This document shows positions 41,401 to 54,720 of a stretch of 64,000 nucleotides of DNA, in pieces. Position 1 is the stretch's first letter; each line of letters starts with the position of its first letter. A program made the position numbers and the translations under genes. The stretch is from the human T2T-CHM13v2.0 reference genome, Homo sapiens: assembly GCF_009914755.1 (NCBI RefSeq), contig NC_060937.1, one strand, 5' to 3'. The notes under the pieces are model-generated. The model was not told the DNA's origin and ran no database searches. It saw nothing but the letters and a program-made list of their open reading frames with translations.

Positions 41401-42204
41401 ATTTCCTCAGAAAGACTAAGCTAAAACTTGGAGAATAATTGAGTTAGATATCCAAGTTCTTGTTTTAAAAAAGCTTCAAGATTATTGACTACAAGAGTCA
41501 CATTTATAGACTTCACTTAGCCATAAATATACAGAAAAGTGAAAGAATCCGGTTTTATGCAATGATAATTTTTTAAACAGTTGCCATAGCTGAAATCCAT
41601 GCTTTCTAAAGCAAACCAAAGAAGAGATTCAATGAAAAAACATTTTTCATGGACTGAAGGTTAGTAATTTTAGTTACTTAGATGACCTTAGGAGAAAAAG
41701 TCATACATGCATGTCCTACCAGCTTTAGAGGTTGTCCATATTCAGCTGGACTTGTGAGCCCCTTTTATAGAGTTTTCCTTCTTGCTAAGCACCTGCTCTG
41801 TCTAGAAGGGAAGGAGACAGCTGAGCTTGGGGACAGACTGGGGCCCAGCTGTCTGGAAGGAGGGTTCTTTTCTATAGCCATCTGCTCCTTGCTTAGTGAG
41901 CTCCCCATCAAACACCCAAGTTCACAGCAGCTTGGAAAGGTGATGGATTTACTGCTGTCCCTGATGGTTGAGATGGTTGTCCTTGATGATTCAGATAACC
42001 TCCCATCTTCAGTTTTGTAGAAACCTGGGCTGGGATGTTTTGGGAAATGGAAAATATATACTACAATCTTATTTCATTCATTTTTCCCTCTCCATTTTCT
42101 CTTTATGCTTAAGATCTAATCAACTTAGAAGTATTAAAAGTCTGATCTCTATGCAGCCAGTCCAGAGTGACAGCAGATAAGCTTTTGCCTTCTCCCTGTA
42201 TAGG

Positions 42205-42576
42205 GTTGTTATGGACTGAATATTTGTGTGCCACCAAAATATATATGTTGAAGTCCTAACTCCAAATATGATGGTATTAGAAGGTGGGACCTTTGGGTGA
42301 TAATTGGGTCATGAGAGTGGAGTCCTCATGAATGGGATTAGTGCCCAAATAAAAGAGGCCCTAGAGATCTTTTTCACCCTTTTTCTGCTATCTGAGGGTA
42401 CAACAAGCAGCCAGTACAGTTTTCAATCTGGAAGAGGGCCCTAAGCAGGACCCAGTGATGCTGGCATCCTGATCTTGAACTTCCAGCCCCCAGAATTGGG
42501 AGAAATAAATATCTGTTGCTTATAAGCCATCCAGTTAATGGTATTCTGTTATAGCAAGCCTGAACTGGCTAAGATA
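42205..42576 (+). mobile_element. MLT1B/MLT1A-like LTR
   Basis: tgttatggactgaatatttgtgtg...tgttgaagtcctaac...tctgttgcttataagccatccag...gctaagata. Confidence 0.85.
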
Positions 42577-43059
42577 AAGGCCTTAGTAATTATCTTGTTT
42601 GACATCAGTAGACTTTCAGGAAATACTTGTTAAATAATGAGATGACTAAGCCGAGAAAAGTGTTAGGTAAATGAAAATTTCATTTAAATAGAATTAGCAT
42701 ACTTTTATGTCTGTATTTTATTTTAAACTCCATATGAACATGCTGAAGGCATGTTTCTTCCTTTTTTAGCCCTGGATGAAATAGAGTCAAGCTTTACCAC
42801 TTCTTTAGTAAAGGATGAATGAAAATCTACATGGCATTATATATAGTTCAGCCACTCTGAGTATCAGCATATTTTAAGTCTATTGTTTGTGTTGCAAAAA
42901 CTTAGGCATAAATTCATCTCCTTGCAGAAGATCTTGTTCTGAAGACCTATAGAGTTTGTGTTGGGAAATGATTAGATGTGCTTGAGATTGGGTTGCATGA
43001 ATGTGGCTTGGTAGCCTGGAGGCCTTCCACAAGGAGAAGTGACTTCAGGCTATGAATGT

Positions 43060-43285
43060 CAGTATGTGTGCCAGGCATAGGACTGAGGCTTTCTGTTGCA
43101 TACCTCTAACCTTTGCAGACTTCTGAAAGGTAGATATTATCACCCCCATTTTAAGATGAGGAAACCGGACTCAGAGAAGTTAAGTGACTTACCTAAGGGC
43201 ACAAGTTATAAAATTGTCAAACTGAAATTTTAATTATGTAAGTCTGATTTGAGAGTTCAAATATTGTTTTACTATATTTTGCTGC
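43060..43285 (-). mobile_element. MIR
   Basis: ccccattttaagatgaggaaaccggactcagagaagttaagtgacttacc. Confidence 0.8.
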
Positions 43286-43329
43286 CTTTTTTGGTAAACC
43301 TGGCAGTCACATTGTTTGGTTCTGCTCAT

Positions 43330-43475
43330 GTTTCAGACATGTATCAATAAACACAGTGGCAAATGTATCATGCACCATTAAACAAAGTGTTTCACACGTG
43401 TCACTAAACACAGTTAAATGGAGACTGTGAGCCACTAAGCACAGTTTTTCACACATATATTATTAAACACAATAT
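43330..43475. repeat. Degenerate tandem repeat, about 58-bp period with an internal half-period
   Basis: (g/t)tttca(c/g)ac at 43330, 43389 and 43446; TAA(A/G)CA cores at about 43348, 43379, 43405, 43436 and 43464. Confidence 0.65.
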
Positions 43476-43839
43476 GCCCCCAGTGACTAAGGTTCTTATC
43501 TTGAACCACAGCCAGTTGTGTTTTTAGTGGTTAGGTGTCAAAAAACAAACAAACAAAATCTTATATATCAATAATCTCCCTGGCAAGCTGCATGTGCTTC
43601 ATTTTAATATGTACATTTCTCCTTTCAGGGGATTATCTGATGGATATGCAGCCCATGCATTCTTCTAGATACCCTAAAATGTACCTATAGATCAAGGCAA
43701 GCGTTTTTTGATCTATATACCTGGAATGAATCACTCTGCCCTCCAAAAGACTTGTTTTTGCTACACTTGGCTTTGGATGTGAGCCAGAGGGCCAACTTGG
43801 GGGTAACAGTGTAAGAGGAAGAGTTATGAAACCCACAAT

Positions 43840-45330
43840 TGTATTTATTGTAAGGATGTTTTTGCCTATTTCCCCCGTTAGTTCTTTCAGTTTTTGCTTT
43901 CTGTATTTTGAGGCTATGCTATGTAAACACAAATTTAGAATTGTTTTATTTTTCTGGTAGATTGTTGTATCTTTCTGCTAGATTGACCCTTTCGTTATTA
44001 TAAAATCCCTATTTATCTCTAGTGATGCTTCTTTCTTTCCTTACAAAGTTAGAAAAATTTAATTGCAAAAAACATGTAAAATATGACATCTTAACCATTT
44101 TAAAGTGTATAACTGAGTAGTTTTAAGTATATTAACACTGTTGTGCTCTAGTAATTCTTATTTCTTAAAATCTACTTTAAATGATAGTATAGCATATTGG
44201 TTTATCGGTTTTCTTTTGTTTATTGTCTTCATGGCATATCTGTTTTCATCTTTTTTACTTTCAGTATTTGTGTGTCCACACATTAAAGGTATGTCTCTTA
44301 GAAGAAGCATAGTTTTTAAAAATAAAACTATCCTGAAAATTTTAGTCTGAGAACAGCTTATTTATATTTATGTAATTATTATTTCATGTACTTACATCTA
44401 TTGTTTTGCTGTTTGTTTTCTTTATAGATTACATATTATAATCTGTATAGGTTGTTTCATTTTTCTTCTAGTGGTTAGCCTAGAGATTACAGCATGCACA
44501 CTAGATTTAAGATAATCTATTATGAATTATAACTTTTTGTCACTTCCTGAAAAATGTCAGAATGAAGAACAGTTTGCATTGACCCCTCTCTTATCTTTTG
44601 TGCTTTTGTCATGTATTTTAATTTCACATATACATGATACTTCATAAGCTAATATTTGTATTGTTTTATATGGTCAATATCTGTTTAGTTTGACCCACCT
44701 ATTTATTTTCTGTTATTCTTAATACATTTCTATGCTACCATCTGGGGTCATTTTCTTCTGCTTGAGGAACTCATTTTAATAATTCTTTTCCTCTGTACCT
44801 GCTGGATGAGAATTCCCTGTATTTAATTTATCTGAAAACATTGTTCTTTCTTTTCCATTTAAAAACAAAACGTCATCAAACTACAACATACATGCAGAAA
44901 ATTGCACACCTCGTAAACATACAGCTCAATGAATCTTCACAAACTGAAAATCAGCGCTGTGTAAAAGCTCAAGAAAGAGAACATGACTAGCATTCCAGGA
45001 GCTCCTCATGCTCCTTCCAGTCACTATTGCTTCCAAAGGGTGTCCATTCTTCTGACCCCTAACATCATAGATTATATTTGCCTATGTTTGAATTTTGCAT
45101 ATGTGGAATAATATGTTATATGCTCTTTTATGACTGACTTCTTTTATCAGTTTTATATGTGAACTTGTGATATTCACTGATATTGTTGCATGTAGTTTCA
45201 TAAAGTTGGTGCTTATCTGTGTAGTATTCCATTGTGTGGATATACAGATATTTATCCATTCACTATTGATATGGATTTGGGTAGTTGCCAATTTTGATTG
45301 ATTACATATAGTGCTGCTATGAAATTTTAG
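43840..45330 (-). mobile_element. Nested old L1 fragments (L1M/L1MB/L1ME)
   Basis: T-rich strand with tctgtattttgaggctatg, attgaccctttcgttattat, ttaaccattttaaagtgta and gtagtattccattgtgtggata. Confidence 0.75.
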
Positions 45331-45331
45331 T

Positions 45332-46616
45332 ACAAAATTCATGTTCTTCTCACATGCAAAATACATTTGCCCCATCCCCACAGCCCTCAAAGTGTTAACT
45401 CATTCCAGCAACAACTCCAAGTCCAAAGTCTCATCTAAATATCATCTAAATCAAGTATGGATAAGACTTGATGTATGATTCATCCTGAATTAAAATTCCT
45501 CTCCAGCTGTGAACCTCTGAAATCAGATAAATTATGTGCTTCCAAAATACTATGGCGGGACTGGCATAGAATCGACATTCTTATTCTAAAAAGGAGAAAT
45601 CAGAAAGAAGAAAGGGGTGATGGGTCCCAGCTAAGTTCAAAACCCAGGAGGAAAATTCCATTAGGCCTTAAGGCTAGAGAACAATCCTCTTTGGCTTGAT
45701 GCTCTGCTTTCTGGGCCCACTGGAGTGAATGTTTCTCCCCTGTGGTCTCAGGCAGCAGCACTGCCCCCAAGGCTCTGGTTGGCAGCCTTGAGCTTGAGGC
45801 ACTGGGTGGTGGCAGCCTGGCCATTGACACCAAGGAGGAGCACACTTGCCCCTGGGGCCGGCCTGTGTATTCTGGGCCTGTGGTGGGAGTGGCACCCCTG
45901 CTAATCTCTGAATAGCCTTCAGCGTCATTTATTCTTTTTCTTGAAGGATGATGCATGTTTCTAGCCAAATAGCTTCACTGTTCCATCCTGTGAAATCCCA
46001 GAAATCCAACAGTCTTCCTGCATTTTGTCCATGCTGGCAGTGTTTCTACCGGTACAGACTCACCTCTACTTCTGGTTTCTGCTGACATGGCTGCTTGGAT
46101 CCACTGACAATCTCTTTTTGGGGTGATTGTCCAGTCATACCCTTGGTGTTTACAACTTGCATTATACTTTTTTATCCTGCAAAATGAACAGGCTGAGAAT
46201 TTTCCAAATCTTTAAGTTCATATTCCTTTTTGCTTAACAACTTCTTCAATTGATCTTTCTCCTTTCACATTTAAGTAGTAAGGAGAAACCAGGCCACACC
46301 TTCAACACTTTGCATAAAAATCTCTTCAGCTAAATATCCAATTTTATTGCTGGCAAAATTTTACCATCTATAAAACGCTAGAAAACAATTCAGCCCAGTT
46401 CTTTGCCACTTTATAACAAAGATTACCTTTTCTCTGTTGTACAATAACATATTCTTTACTTACTCCAAGTTCTCACTAGAATCACCTTTAATGTCCATAT
46501 TCCCACCAACCTGTCTCAAAAACTCTTTTGGCCTGTGCCCATTACCCAGTTCTGAAGCCACTTCAATACTTTTAGATAATTGCTTTAGCAGCACAGTACA
46601 GCACAGTACCAAAATC
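45332..46616 (-). mobile_element. MaLR internal sequence (MLT1A-int-like)
   Basis: aaattcatgttcttctcacatgcaaaatacat...ccaaagtctcatct...cccattacccagttc...cagtaccaaaatc abutting the LTR. Confidence 0.8.
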
Positions 46617-46997
46617 TGTTTTAGTCTGCTAAGGCTGCCATAATGAAATACTACAGCCTGGGCTTAAACAATGGAAATTTATTTTCTCATCATTCTGGAG
46701 GTGGAGTCCAAAATCAAGGTGCCAGTAGTGTTGCTTTCTCCTGAGGCCTCTCTCCTTGGCATGCAGGTGGCTACCTTCTCTCTGTGTCCTCATATAATCT
46801 CTTCCCTGGGCACATGTACTCCTAGTGTCAATTTCTTTTCTCATAAGGAAATCAGTCCTATTGGATTAGGGCCTCTTCCTTATAATCTCATTTAACCTTA
46901 ATTACCTCCTTAAGGACCCTGTTTCCAAATGTGGTTACACTGAAGGCTGACACTTCAACATATGAATTTTGGGAGGACACAATGTAGTCCTTAACAG
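46617..46997 (-). mobile_element. MLT1A0-like LTR (5' LTR of the provirus)
   Basis: tgttttagtctgctaaggctgccataatgaaatac...tatgaattttgggaggacacaat...taaca. Confidence 0.85.
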
Positions 46998-47689
46998 AGC
47001 TCAAGTTACATTTTTTCCCCATATAGATATCCAACAGACCCAACACCATTTAGTATGAAGATAAACTTTTATGCACTGAACTGTGGTTTTGCCATTATTG
47101 TTAACCAGGTGGCCATGTATGTGAGGCTCTGTTTCTTAGGTCTGTGTTCCCTTCCATAGGTAGGTTTGTCTATTACTGCATCATTACCTTGCTGACCCTA
47201 CAATAGGTTTTAGTATATGATAGAATAAGACTCCAGTTTTGTTCTTCTTCTAAATTATTCTGTTTATTTTTGACTCTTTATTTTTATAAGAATAATCAGT
47301 AAATTTTGTCAAAGTATGGGCTAAAATTTTATTGTGATTGCATTGAATCTATAGGTTTTAAAAAATGTCTCTCATCAGTGTAGAGGTCTTGAGCATATTG
47401 AAGACCTCTATACCTCTTTAGACTTAATTCTAAGAATTTGATGTTCTTTGATGCTGTTGCGAAATATCTTATTACACGTTTTGGAAGATATTTTTGTAAG
47501 ATATGGATTTCTAGGTTGGCAGTTGTTTTCTTTCAGCACTTAAAAATGATACTCCATTATCTTCTGGATGCTATTATTTTATTTTTGAAAAGTTACTGTC
47601 AGTCCTATTATTGCAACTTTGAAGGTAGTGTGTCATATTTTCTTTGACTGCTTTTCAGAGTTTCCTCTTCATCTTTGTTTTTCAATGGT

Positions 47690-48293
47690 TTTACTATGAT
47701 AGTTAGTTTCCAACGATGTTCCTCTAATGAATTATGCCTCGTAGTATTTATGTCCTTACGACGTGCCTCTCCTTTAATCTAGGATAGCTGTGACACTTCT
47801 GACTAGTAAACTACACCAGCTTTCGCACTGCATTGCTTCCAAAGCCCAGACATAAGAAGTCTTGCTGCTTGCTTGGCTTTTTGGAACACTCACTATTAGG
47901 ATGCTCCTGTGGGAAACTGTTGAGAAGTGCAACTCCTCTGAGACCACTGTGCTGCAAGAGAGTCAAGCCACATAGAGAAGCCCTGAAAGATACTAGAACA
48001 TAAGTTTCTACTGGGGAGCGAGAGAGGGGAAGATAGGCAGAGAGAGAGAATGCGGGAGATAAAAAAAATCTGAGATAAAAGATACAAGATTGAGCCATTT
48101 TGGAAATCTAGCCCAGTCCAGCTTTCAGACAATGATAGCCCTGGCACTACTGACTGCAGCTGCATGAGAGACCCAAGCAAGAACTGTGTAGCTGAAGTTG
48201 ATTAATTCACAGAACTAGGAGAGCTGTTATAATAATTGTTTTAAGGCCGTAAGTTATGGTGTGGTTAGTTACATTGAAATAGATAAATGGAAC
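47690..48293 (+). mobile_element. MLT1E/F-like LTR
   Basis: cactgtgctgcaagagagtcaagccacat, ctgactgcagctgcatgagagaccc, agataaatggaaca end. Confidence 0.7.
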
Positions 48294-49600
48294 AAAAATA
48301 ATATCTATATTATTTTCTGGGTGTGGTTGTAACACATCTTAAAAAATGTGGCGTCTGCTTTGGGACCAGTAGCAGGAGGAGGATGGAAGATGCTCAGGGA
48401 TTGTTCATGGAAACTTGAAGGACAGTGAAGAGTCTGTAATTAGAGGCTGGAGGAAAGAAAACACATGCTATGTAGTGTCAGAAAATTTAGGAGAACTGTT
48501 GTCTCTGATATAGGATGGACAATAGAAAATATACCTAATGAAATAGTGAAACTATGTATGGATATGTCACAAGGAAAATTGGTTATTTTTTAGCCATGTA
48601 TAATAAGGTAAAGAGGAAGAGAGAGAAGCGTTAAGGAAGACATTTTCTAATATAAAGCAGAAATTAGAGAAGATATAAAGAACTCAGGGCTTACTAAGTG
48701 TAAAAGTGAAACTGTATATTAGACTTAGCCACTCTGTATTTCAAAGGATGTCAACATAACACCTGATCTCAGGATAAAAATTATTTCAGATGATTATTAA
48801 TGCAGTGCCACTGCATTCCAGCCTGGTGACAGTGCAACTGTAAGACACATTGTTAAGATTTCAGGAAGACTTAAGAGTGTGCCTTACAGAGCATTTGAAT
48901 TAGACAAAAAGTTTTCTAAGAATCTTAAGAGTGTTATGTCTCAACACTCTCACCTTCAGCACGAGGCGAACTGGGGCCTGTATCAGAGAGATTTCTGAGT
49001 GAAGTTGTTGTTTACTGAAGTGAACCCCACTACTATTCATAAGAAACCTATACAATCTTTAAGGGAATTGTGTATACAGAAACATCATAAGCTTGGACTA
49101 AAAGGGTCAGAGTCAGTTTGAAATGAAAAGATGCCTCTGGGTTCCTAATCTTATATCAGCAAGGATCAGGCTGAGACAGTTACTTAGCTGCAAACATGAA
49201 CCATTTCTGTGGCAAAGGAAGATTGGGATTAATAAACAAGAGGGAGACAACAGTATTCCTGAGGATAGAAATAAAAGCCATGGAAAACTACTCTCAGAAC
49301 CAAACCCTAATCAAGGAACTGGCAACATAAGCCCAATTAGATTTCAGAAATGCTTTGGACCAGTGACTGTCATGTGACTCTTGTCCTCTTATCTCCTCCA
49401 CTCCCATCCCCAGCTTTTGAATGGCATTGTCGGTTGCAGTTATAACATCCTGGTACTACCATTGTTATGTTGAGTGTGTGGGGGCGGATAACTTGTGTCT
49501 TTGGTTCACAGGTCTTCACAAGGACAGGAACTGTACTCAAGAGGAGTATAAGCTGCATCTGGGAAATTGCACTTCACAAACTTTGTCAATATTCAGGCCT
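48294..49600 (+). mobile_element. MLT1 internal sequence
   Basis: Follows the LTR directly; gctttgggaccag, ggctggaggaaag...tgctatgtagtg, ggaccagtgactg, cttgtgtctttggttcacaggtc. Confidence 0.6.
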
Positions 49601-49972
49601 GATGTAAATGCCTGGCTTCTCATTACGGGGAATTCAGAAATCAGCAAAGATTTTAGGGGGAACATAATACAAAATGTTGACTCACTTCCCTACAATTCTT
49701 TTTTGTCCAGAATCTTTTTGTGGCTGATCTAATTTTTTGCATTGTACTCATTTTGTAATTGCTCTTAGTAGGAAGCTTGGTGTAATGCAAGCTACATAGT
49801 TCAAGCAATCGTCCTCCATACTTAAGCAATCCAAGTTTTTATTTTGAGAACATTGCCCTCATATGCAATGCTATTTTTTGAAGGATCTAAAAAAGAATTT
49901 CTCTCTAGTCTCAGTACCAAGAAGAGTGCTGCTTCTAATTAGCCAGTGTATTTTTATTAAAAAGATAAAATA

Positions 49973-50345
<373 letters not shown>

Positions 50346-50472
50346 TTAGTAGATATATATATTTTTTTCCTGGGGGAATATTAGCTTCATATATGGCCTT
50401 TCTCATGTATTTATTCACTACACTATACTTTTAGAGTATTTTAGAAGTCTGCTTTTGAATAAAATAGAATAT

Positions 50473-50820
50473 TGATATGGTTTGGCCAAATCTCATCTTT
50501 GTAGCTCCCATAATTCCCATGTGGCATGGGAAGGACCTGGTGGGAGGTAATTGAATAACAGGGGCGGGTCTTTCCCATGCTGTTCTTGTAATAGTGAAAA
50601 AGTCTCATGAGATCTGATGGTTTTATAAACAGGGGGTCCCCTGGACATGCTCTCTTGCCTGCTGCCATGTAAGACGTGCCTTTGCTTCTCCTTTGCCTTT
50701 GACCGTGATTGTGAGGCCTCCCCAGCCATGTGGAACTGTGAGTCCATTAAACTTCTTTCCTTTATAAATTACCCAGTCTTGAATATGTCTTTATTAGCAG
50801 CGTGAGAACAGACTAATACA
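50473..50820 (+). mobile_element. THE1/MSTA-like LTR
   Basis: tgatatggtttggc...tctcatgagatctgatggttttataa...agaacagactaataca. Confidence 0.9.
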
Positions 50821-50945
50821 AATATAAATTAAGAAACAATGAGAAATGTTCAGATTTGGAAGGTGGGAAGTTAATAGAAGTTTAGCTAGTATTACAGAGG
50901 ACTTTTTTTTACAGGTTAACCAATGTGTCAAAGATGATGTTTATA

Positions 50946-51244
50946 GGCAGGTATGGTGGCTTCACACCTATAATTCCAGCTCTTTGGAAGGCTGTGGCAG
51001 GAGCATTCCTTGAGCCCTGGAGATCAAGACCAATCTGGGCAACATAGGGAGAATCTCGTTTCTAAAATTAGCTGGGCTTGGTGGCACACACCTGTTGTCC
51101 CAGGTCCATGGGAGACTGAGGTGGGAGGATTGCTCGAGCCTGAGAGGTTTTGGCTGCAGTGCCATTGCATTCCAGCCTGGGTGACAGAGACCCCTGTCTT
51201 GAAAAAACAAAACAGAACAATAACAATAACAAAACAAAAAAAAA
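50946..51244 (+). mobile_element. AluJ, diverged
   Basis: Two arms, gaggattgctcgagcc, (AAAC/AAT) tail. Confidence 0.9.
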
Positions 51245-52009
51245 GCTGATGTTTTAACCATCATGAGAAATCTTTCAAACAAAATGAGGGTAACATTGGT
51301 CAGATCCTTTGATAAATGATCTATACTACTCCCTAAATACAAACTATTCATCCATGGAAGGTGAATAAACCTGGATTTTCAGGTAATAAATGATCTCCTC
51401 TAAGACTCTAAAAATATCACTGATGACTTGGAAAATTATGCTTAAATATAAGGGCTAAACGCTTAATTCACTGACAGGAGGAGATTCATGCTATCCCTAG
51501 CACTCTGCTGTTTAGGTGTTTTGACAACCAGCCTGTACTAATTCAAATATATTAAATTGCAGTATAAACAGAATGATAACAAGGTATTGTTTAATTTAGT
51601 TTATTTGTCTGAGGAATAGAGTCCTATGATTAGCTAACAAAGCATGTTAATTTTAAAATCTAATGCAAAGCATGTCTAAGGAATAGAGTTCTATGCATAG
51701 TAGCTTACAAAGCATGATAATTTCAAAATTTAATTCATGTAATCTGTATGTGATAAGTAATCTTTATGCGATAAGCTACTATGCCGGTAGCAATTCCTTT
51801 GAGCCTTCCCTTCAGTTTTTCTACTTCTCTTCATTTCCATTGCTCATGGGGTATCACTCTGATGCTTGGGCCAAATAAACAGGTCAGAAAGCACAGTATT
51901 TCTATTGTTGAATTATGGGCATTGGGCAATGATAAAATATTTGACAACTGTTTGGCATGGGTGCCAATCAATCAGAACAGCTGCCTCATCCATCAGAACG
52001 GTGCCTAAC

Positions 52010-52426
52010 CGACATGGTTTGGATCTGTGTCCCCACCAAATCTCATGTTGAATTGTAATCCCCAAGGTTGGAAGTGGGACCTGGTGGGAGGTGATTGGAT
52101 CATGGGGGCAGTTTCTCATGAATGGTTTAGTACCATCCCTGTTGGTACTGTCCTCACAATAGTGAGTGAGTTCTCATGAGATCCAGTCATTTAAAAGTGT
52201 GTAGAACCTCCTTCCTCTCTCTTCTACACCTACACCCACCATGTAAGAGACCCACTTTTCCTTTGCCTTCTGCCATGATAGAAAGCTTCCTGAGGACTCC
52301 CCCAAAGCAGAAGCTGCTATGCTTCGTATATAGCCTGCAGAACTGTGAGCCGATTAAACCTCTCTTCTTTATAAATTACCCAGTCTTAGGTATTTCTTTA
52401 TAGCAATAAGAGAATGGGCTAATACA
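52010..52426 (+). mobile_element. MSTA/MSTB-like LTR
   Basis: atggtttggatctgtgtccccaccaaatctcatgttgaattgtaatcccc...ggctaataca. Confidence 0.9.
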
Positions 52427-53349
52427 TGAACCAATCAGAAAGGCTGCTTAATCAATCAGAAAAGAAGCCAACCATGAAAAACAGATATGGCTGTACCTGT
52501 GCATAGTAGCCAAATACCAGCTCTCATTATGGTTATTTTTTTTTAACAGAGGAAAAGTAGGGAAGTAAGAAGTTAAAACCCAATTCTCCTATTCCCATAG
52601 TCTGTTGCCTTCTAGATCATATCATTATGAAATAGATGGCTTTTTATGTTTATTTTATTTTTCTGTTCCAAGATGTTTAAAGCAGAAGCTGCCATAAATG
52701 AACATCTGTCTTAATACAATTTATTTCTTTTCAAGTTAAAAAAGAATTTAGAAAGAAAACATTTTACCTCATCACACTCTTTGTTTTTCTTGAAGGAAGT
52801 ATTCAGGGTAATGAAACAGCTGGTGAGTTTTGAGGAAGAGGAATAGGAGCAAGAAGATAATTTGTTGTTTTTTCTTTATCATTTAAATGGAAACAAAGTG
52901 TGTGGTTGTATTAATGAAGAGAATGTGTCTCTTAAAAAAATACCCTTTGCAATGGAGAAAAATATTTTCAATTTAATGAGATAATTTGCATGAGGAAAAT
53001 ATTAGATACTGAATGGAGGAAAGATAAGTTAAATTATATTATGTGTTGTGGTGGGGCTGGTTAGTTGGTGAAGGGGAGTGAAAACTGTAAATGGCATGGA
53101 ATCAGCGTTTTATGGTTGCGAGGAAAATTAGATGCCATTAAATCCTGCTACCTCTCATTTTACTAGAAGAAATAAACATCTAGAGAGGTTAAATGGCTTG
53201 CTCAGGATCACATATCTAATTATTTACTGAGAAAACTAGAAAAGTAGAAGGAAAACCTAGTTCTTGAATCAATTAATTGTTTTAGATTGTGTGTACATAG
53301 TATCAAAATGACTGATTATTCTCGATTTAAAAACAACAGCAACAACACT

Positions 53350-53505
53350 TAAGTGGGTGGTGCCCCTGTAGTCCCCACCACTTGGGAGGCTGAGGTGGGA
53401 GGAGTTCAAGGCTGCAGTGTACTGTCATGATTGCCTTGTGAGCAGCCACTGTACTGTAGCCTGGGCAACATGGCGAGACCCCAACTCTTAAAAAAAAAAA
53501 TAAAC
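53350..53505 (+). mobile_element. Old Alu monomer (FLAM/FRAM-like)
   Basis: cctgtagtcccc...gggaggctgaggtggga...gcctgggcaacatggcgagacccc plus A tail. Confidence 0.8.
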
Positions 53506-53734
53506 CCAAACAACACTTGGGAAAATTGTGTCCCTATTCCCTGAGGTCTTCCTGCTGCTCCTGCCCCTACCCAGACTCATACTGCATGGAGTCTGAATAG
53601 CAAGTCTCTCTGCCCATTAAACCTCCCCCGCCCTGTATCCAGCCTTCACAATTGTCAACTGAGACCTAACGCATCTGTGACATATTTGTCAATGATTGAA
53701 ATTTCAGAAGTGGTTTTTATTTCTCTCAACGTTT

Positions 53735-54140
53735 TTTGGGGGTAATTGCTTATGGCAATGAACATCTACCATCTTAACTATTTTTAAGTGTACCATTCAA
53801 TAGTGTTAAGTACATTCACACTGTTGTGCAACCAATCTCCAGAACTCTTCACTTGCAAAACTGAAACTCTGTATCCATTAAACAATTCTGCATTCTCCTT
53901 CCCCTACTTTCCTTTTCTATGAATTTGAGTACTTTAGATGCCTCCTATATGAAGAATCACACAGTATTTGTCTCTTTGTGACTCATTTATTTCACTTAGC
54001 ATAATGTTCTTAAGATTTACCCACATCGTAGCATGTGGTGGAATTTCCTTTTAAAGGCTGAATAACTTTCCATTGCATGAATATACCACATTTTGTGTAT
54101 TCATTCATCCATTGATGGACACTTGGGTTGCTTCCTACTA
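53735..54140 (-). mobile_element. L1MB 3' end
   Basis: ttaagtacattcacactgttgtgcaaccaatctccagaactc, atttcacttagcataatg, ttcatccattgatggacacttgggttg. Confidence 0.88.
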
Positions 54141-54424
54141 TTCCCTGTTTAGCCATTTTGGATGTGCACAGATAGTTTCAAAGTGTTCACAATAAAACAG
54201 TAGAATCATTAGTGTTGCCTACGTGATCCTAGTGTTACAGAGGTTTTACAAATTTAATGCAATATGATGCTTTGTCTTCACAAACTTACACAGCTGTGGG
54301 GTGAGATGCAGCTGTGTGGTGAGAAAAGGGACTTACAACTGGTCTGGCGCTTGATGTTCAAAGCCACAGACATTTCTTAACATTTATGAATTTTGGAAGC
54401 GAAAGGCACTTTAAAGGTGGTAAG

Positions 54425-54720
54425 GGTAGAACTGGGCATTTGGATTTTGGCATCAGGTACACCTAGGCTCGGGTGTTCAGAGCTTCATTAGCTGTGTGAC
54501 CGGGAGCTGATTATTTAAATTCTGGAATACAAAATGTAGCATCTCCTTCATGGAGTTACTGAGGATTAAATGAGACAATGCAACTAAAGTGGCTAACAAC
54601 ATCCTATTACAGAGTGAGTAGTCAATAAATTCTAGCTAATAGTAGTATCTTCTCACTTTACAGATAAAGAAGCTGAGCCTCAGAAAGAAATGTGACTTTC
54701 TTATGATCACACAGACAAAA
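54425..54720. mobile_element. MIR fragments (two, opposite orientation)
   Basis: ttagctgtgtgacc...gaggattaaatgag, then tttacagataaagaagctgag. Confidence 0.65.

Noticed and set aside
45475-45968. ORFs of 74-122 aa
   Set aside because: Inside decayed MaLR internal sequence.
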